From Tubiluchus corallicola (lineage: Eukaryota > Animalia > Priapulida): DNA of 64,000 nt. The stretch spans positions 1,674,001 through 1,738,000 of the forward strand of contig JAQGDQ010000002.1 of the NCBI GenBank assembly GCA_030141605.1, in the 5' to 3' direction. Below the pieces are notes generated by a model. The model worked only from the letters and a program-made list of their open reading frames with translations. It had not been told where the DNA came from and made no database searches. Every line of letters starts with the position of its first letter. Within the stretch, counting starts at the first letter, position 1. Of the stretch, positions 61,480 to 64,000 are shown in pieces. The translations under genes and the position numbers were made by a program.

Positions 61480-63409
61480 ATTTAAAATGAAGACAAACAA
61501 AAATTCCTTTCTATGCGAGTACGATATACGCATGAAATTGCTATAAAGTAATATAATTTTTTAAGGCGACCTCCTTTCTTGTCCTTTAAAGAGCAGTTAC
61601 ATCTTGACATTCAATGCAAATTATCTGCGATTTCTGTGCACAATTTTTAAGCAAGTTATTTACTGCAAAACAAAATGAAGTAATGTACGTGATCTTAATG
61701 AGACAGCTTTTTATTAGTGATTTATTATAAAATTATTTGAAATTTTTTAAACTGGATTTGAGCTAACATACACGTTGCACTAGTATCTATATGACATAGT
61801 AATTACACACAAGTCTTGCCAATTTATGCTGTACTTTAAATGTTATTGCTCGAATGCTCGTGTATAGGTCCTATAGTGAAGAAGTATAGTCTTTTAACCT
61901 TAATATTTTATTGATTTGCAGGCAGTATTTTTGAAAGCTTCTGGCCGATGTTTGAGATTTCTGTGAAGAATTCCTAAAGTATTTTGCCATTGGATGCAAT
62001 TTTGTGAATATGAATTCCATTTTAAGTATTTTGAGACCTTACCAGAGTCACGTGACACCTGATGAAGCCAAATTTAATGGTTTATCATCTAGAACATATT
62101 GATGGTTTACACATTACGATGTCGCTCTTGTGGATGTTAAAATGCATTAGCCAGTCCTAGATTGTATAGTTCTTTTTGTAGAGTAACAAAAGCCAGATCC
62201 CGCAGTTCTCTTGCTTAAAAATTGCACTGTGCTGATATGATAAACGTTATACCAAAATTTAAACCTAATGGTGATTTTAACATAATAAATGTATGTGACT
62301 GCATGAAATTACTGTGGATTCTCGTCTGAGAGCAACAGTCCTATTGCAGGTTAATTAATTTTGCAAAAGCAACATAAATGTGCAGTTGTGTCATAATTTT
62401 CAAATGCTCATTGCAAACTTTTGAATGGATAGACTGCAGTGTAATTACGGAATTCACTGTCTGATTTTGCATACAAACTCATTGAGTATGCTAATTCTTA
62501 GCTTCGTCACTATTGTAAAATTAATACTTATAAATATAAATCTGACAACTAGAGTACTATAGACACTCTAGAAACTATAATCTGACAACTGTGAATGTGA
62601 GTCGGTAGTATTACAAAAAACTTTTGGTGCAACAAGACAATAAAAATAAAAGATGCCTACGCAATAACATAGTCTGAGTAATGCCTAGGTATGTAAAGAA
62701 AGAGTTATCTGACATGGTTCTAATTTTAGCAGCTATACTGTCATGAATCATGATTAGCGGTTAAGCAAGTCACTCATAGAAACCCCATGTTCTTCCACCG
62801 AATAATTGTCGATTAAGGATTTAAACTTTACAAGTTGGATGTGCCAGGGATTCATTAATCGAAGGTAATCGAAGATAATTATGGTAATTAAACTCGGCTT
62901 TAGCACGGAGCCGCTGCAGCCATGCTAGAGATTTATTGGGGAGTAGTGCTCACAAATGACATAATATTGCACGGTGCGTCAGCAGCCTTTCACTTTCTTC
63001 CAAACGGCAATGCATTATGCATCCCATAATACCATTCTGAAACAAAAATGGTGGTTGTAAACGAAATGAAATCGATGCCTTATATTATAAATTAATTCGA
63101 TATCACTTACCAGTCACTTGTCTTTGAGACCGTTTCGTGTTTTTGAAAGCAGCTAAAGTTAACATCATAGTCTACTTTTCTGTTGAGGTGACAACGACAC
63201 AGGCGTGTGTAAGTCTCTTAAATTTTGGGCCTTGTTGTAGCAGCTAACATTGATCAACATTGCGATAAACAGTTCATGTGTGTTAATTAAAGCATCAGCG
63301 AACACTTTGTCGATAGACTTCGATATGGAGATCAACACTAATAAATTAGTAATTAAATAGGCCTACAATTTTTGGCGCTATTAGTATTACACTTTCGCAC
63401 CGCCTAGTT

Positions 63410-63936
63410 TTTTGTACGTTATTACTCGTTTCTAGGCTTGTACGTCATTATTCTTACGTCATCAGTGAATGTTTCCGCTAATCTAATTGTAATTTAATCA
63501 TATATTTAGGTATAATTACCAATAATTACGCTGTATTCACAGTTCTACACCTATACAGTTCGTATCGCCATCTTGTTTGTGTGTGTAGTCACGTGACGAA
63601 TTTCGTACTAGTTTATGCATTATCAGGGCCTAGCTTAAAAGCACGTGACACACTTTCATCTTCACCGCATTTACGAAATAAAGAAAAAACCTTTACTTTT
63701 TTTATAATCTAATAGTAATAATACTACAGTAATAAATAAAATTAATGATAAATAACTGTAGTCGTCTAAAATAATTTCCTCGTATATGCCAGCTTGGGTC
63801 CCGTGGCTGCAACCCTAATAATCATAAATTATGCGAAGAAACTAAAAATACATGTTAAGGGCCACATCGTCACTGCGCGAGAGCGATTGCGCATTAGTGG
63901 TGTAAACACGGTTATTCATGTGGAGCTTTTTGCGTA
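63410..63936. promoter_or_regulatory. Probable promoter region
   Basis: Local CpG enrichment; TACGTCA CRE-like sites (~63441, ~63455); YY1-type CGCCATCTTG (~63566); E-boxes GTCACGTGAC (~63588) and CACGTGAC (~63642). Confidence 0.5.
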
Positions 63937-63945
63937 ATGGCGTCG
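63937..63945 (+). CDS. Candidate first coding micro-exon (M-A-S) of a gene continuing beyond the window
   Basis: ATG GCG TCG immediately followed by a consensus gtaagt donor, downstream of the promoter-like region. The product cannot be identified. Confidence 0.45.
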
Positions 63946-64000
63946 GTAAGTAATGTATGATTTTAATCTGGAATTATAAAGCCTAAAAACCAATAATATT

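Overview
AT-rich, intron-rich animal (invertebrate-type) genomic DNA; no rRNA, tRNA or CRISPR seen. Gene models were spliced by hand (GT-AG, phases checked). Left block: ALKBH1 (-, last exon outside the window) is head-to-head with SLIRP (+), with only 52 bp between start codons, followed by a convergent SNW1/SKIP (-). This is the same trio and orientation I recall at human chr14q24.3. The SNW1 model lacks about 85 aa of the normally conserved N-terminal (PPIL1-binding) segment. Middle: two 12-exon GALNT7-like GalNAc-transferase paralogues tail-to-tail, with altered catalytic-domain motifs and degenerate lectin repeats. Intron 6 of the second paralogue holds an antisense, multi-exon gene missed by the ORF track. 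It encodes a ~122-aa predicted secreted peptide (signal peptide, poly-Glu, CxC, 11 Gly-X-Y triplets, poly-Gln), which is the most novel-looking item. Right: a 10-exon telomeric repeat-binding factor (TRFH plus telobox Myb) whose first exon is flanked by decayed LINEs. Several MITEs, hairpins and tandem duplications occur, and a probable promoter with a first micro-exon lies at the right edge. Comparisons with human proteins are from memory and need alignment to confirm.
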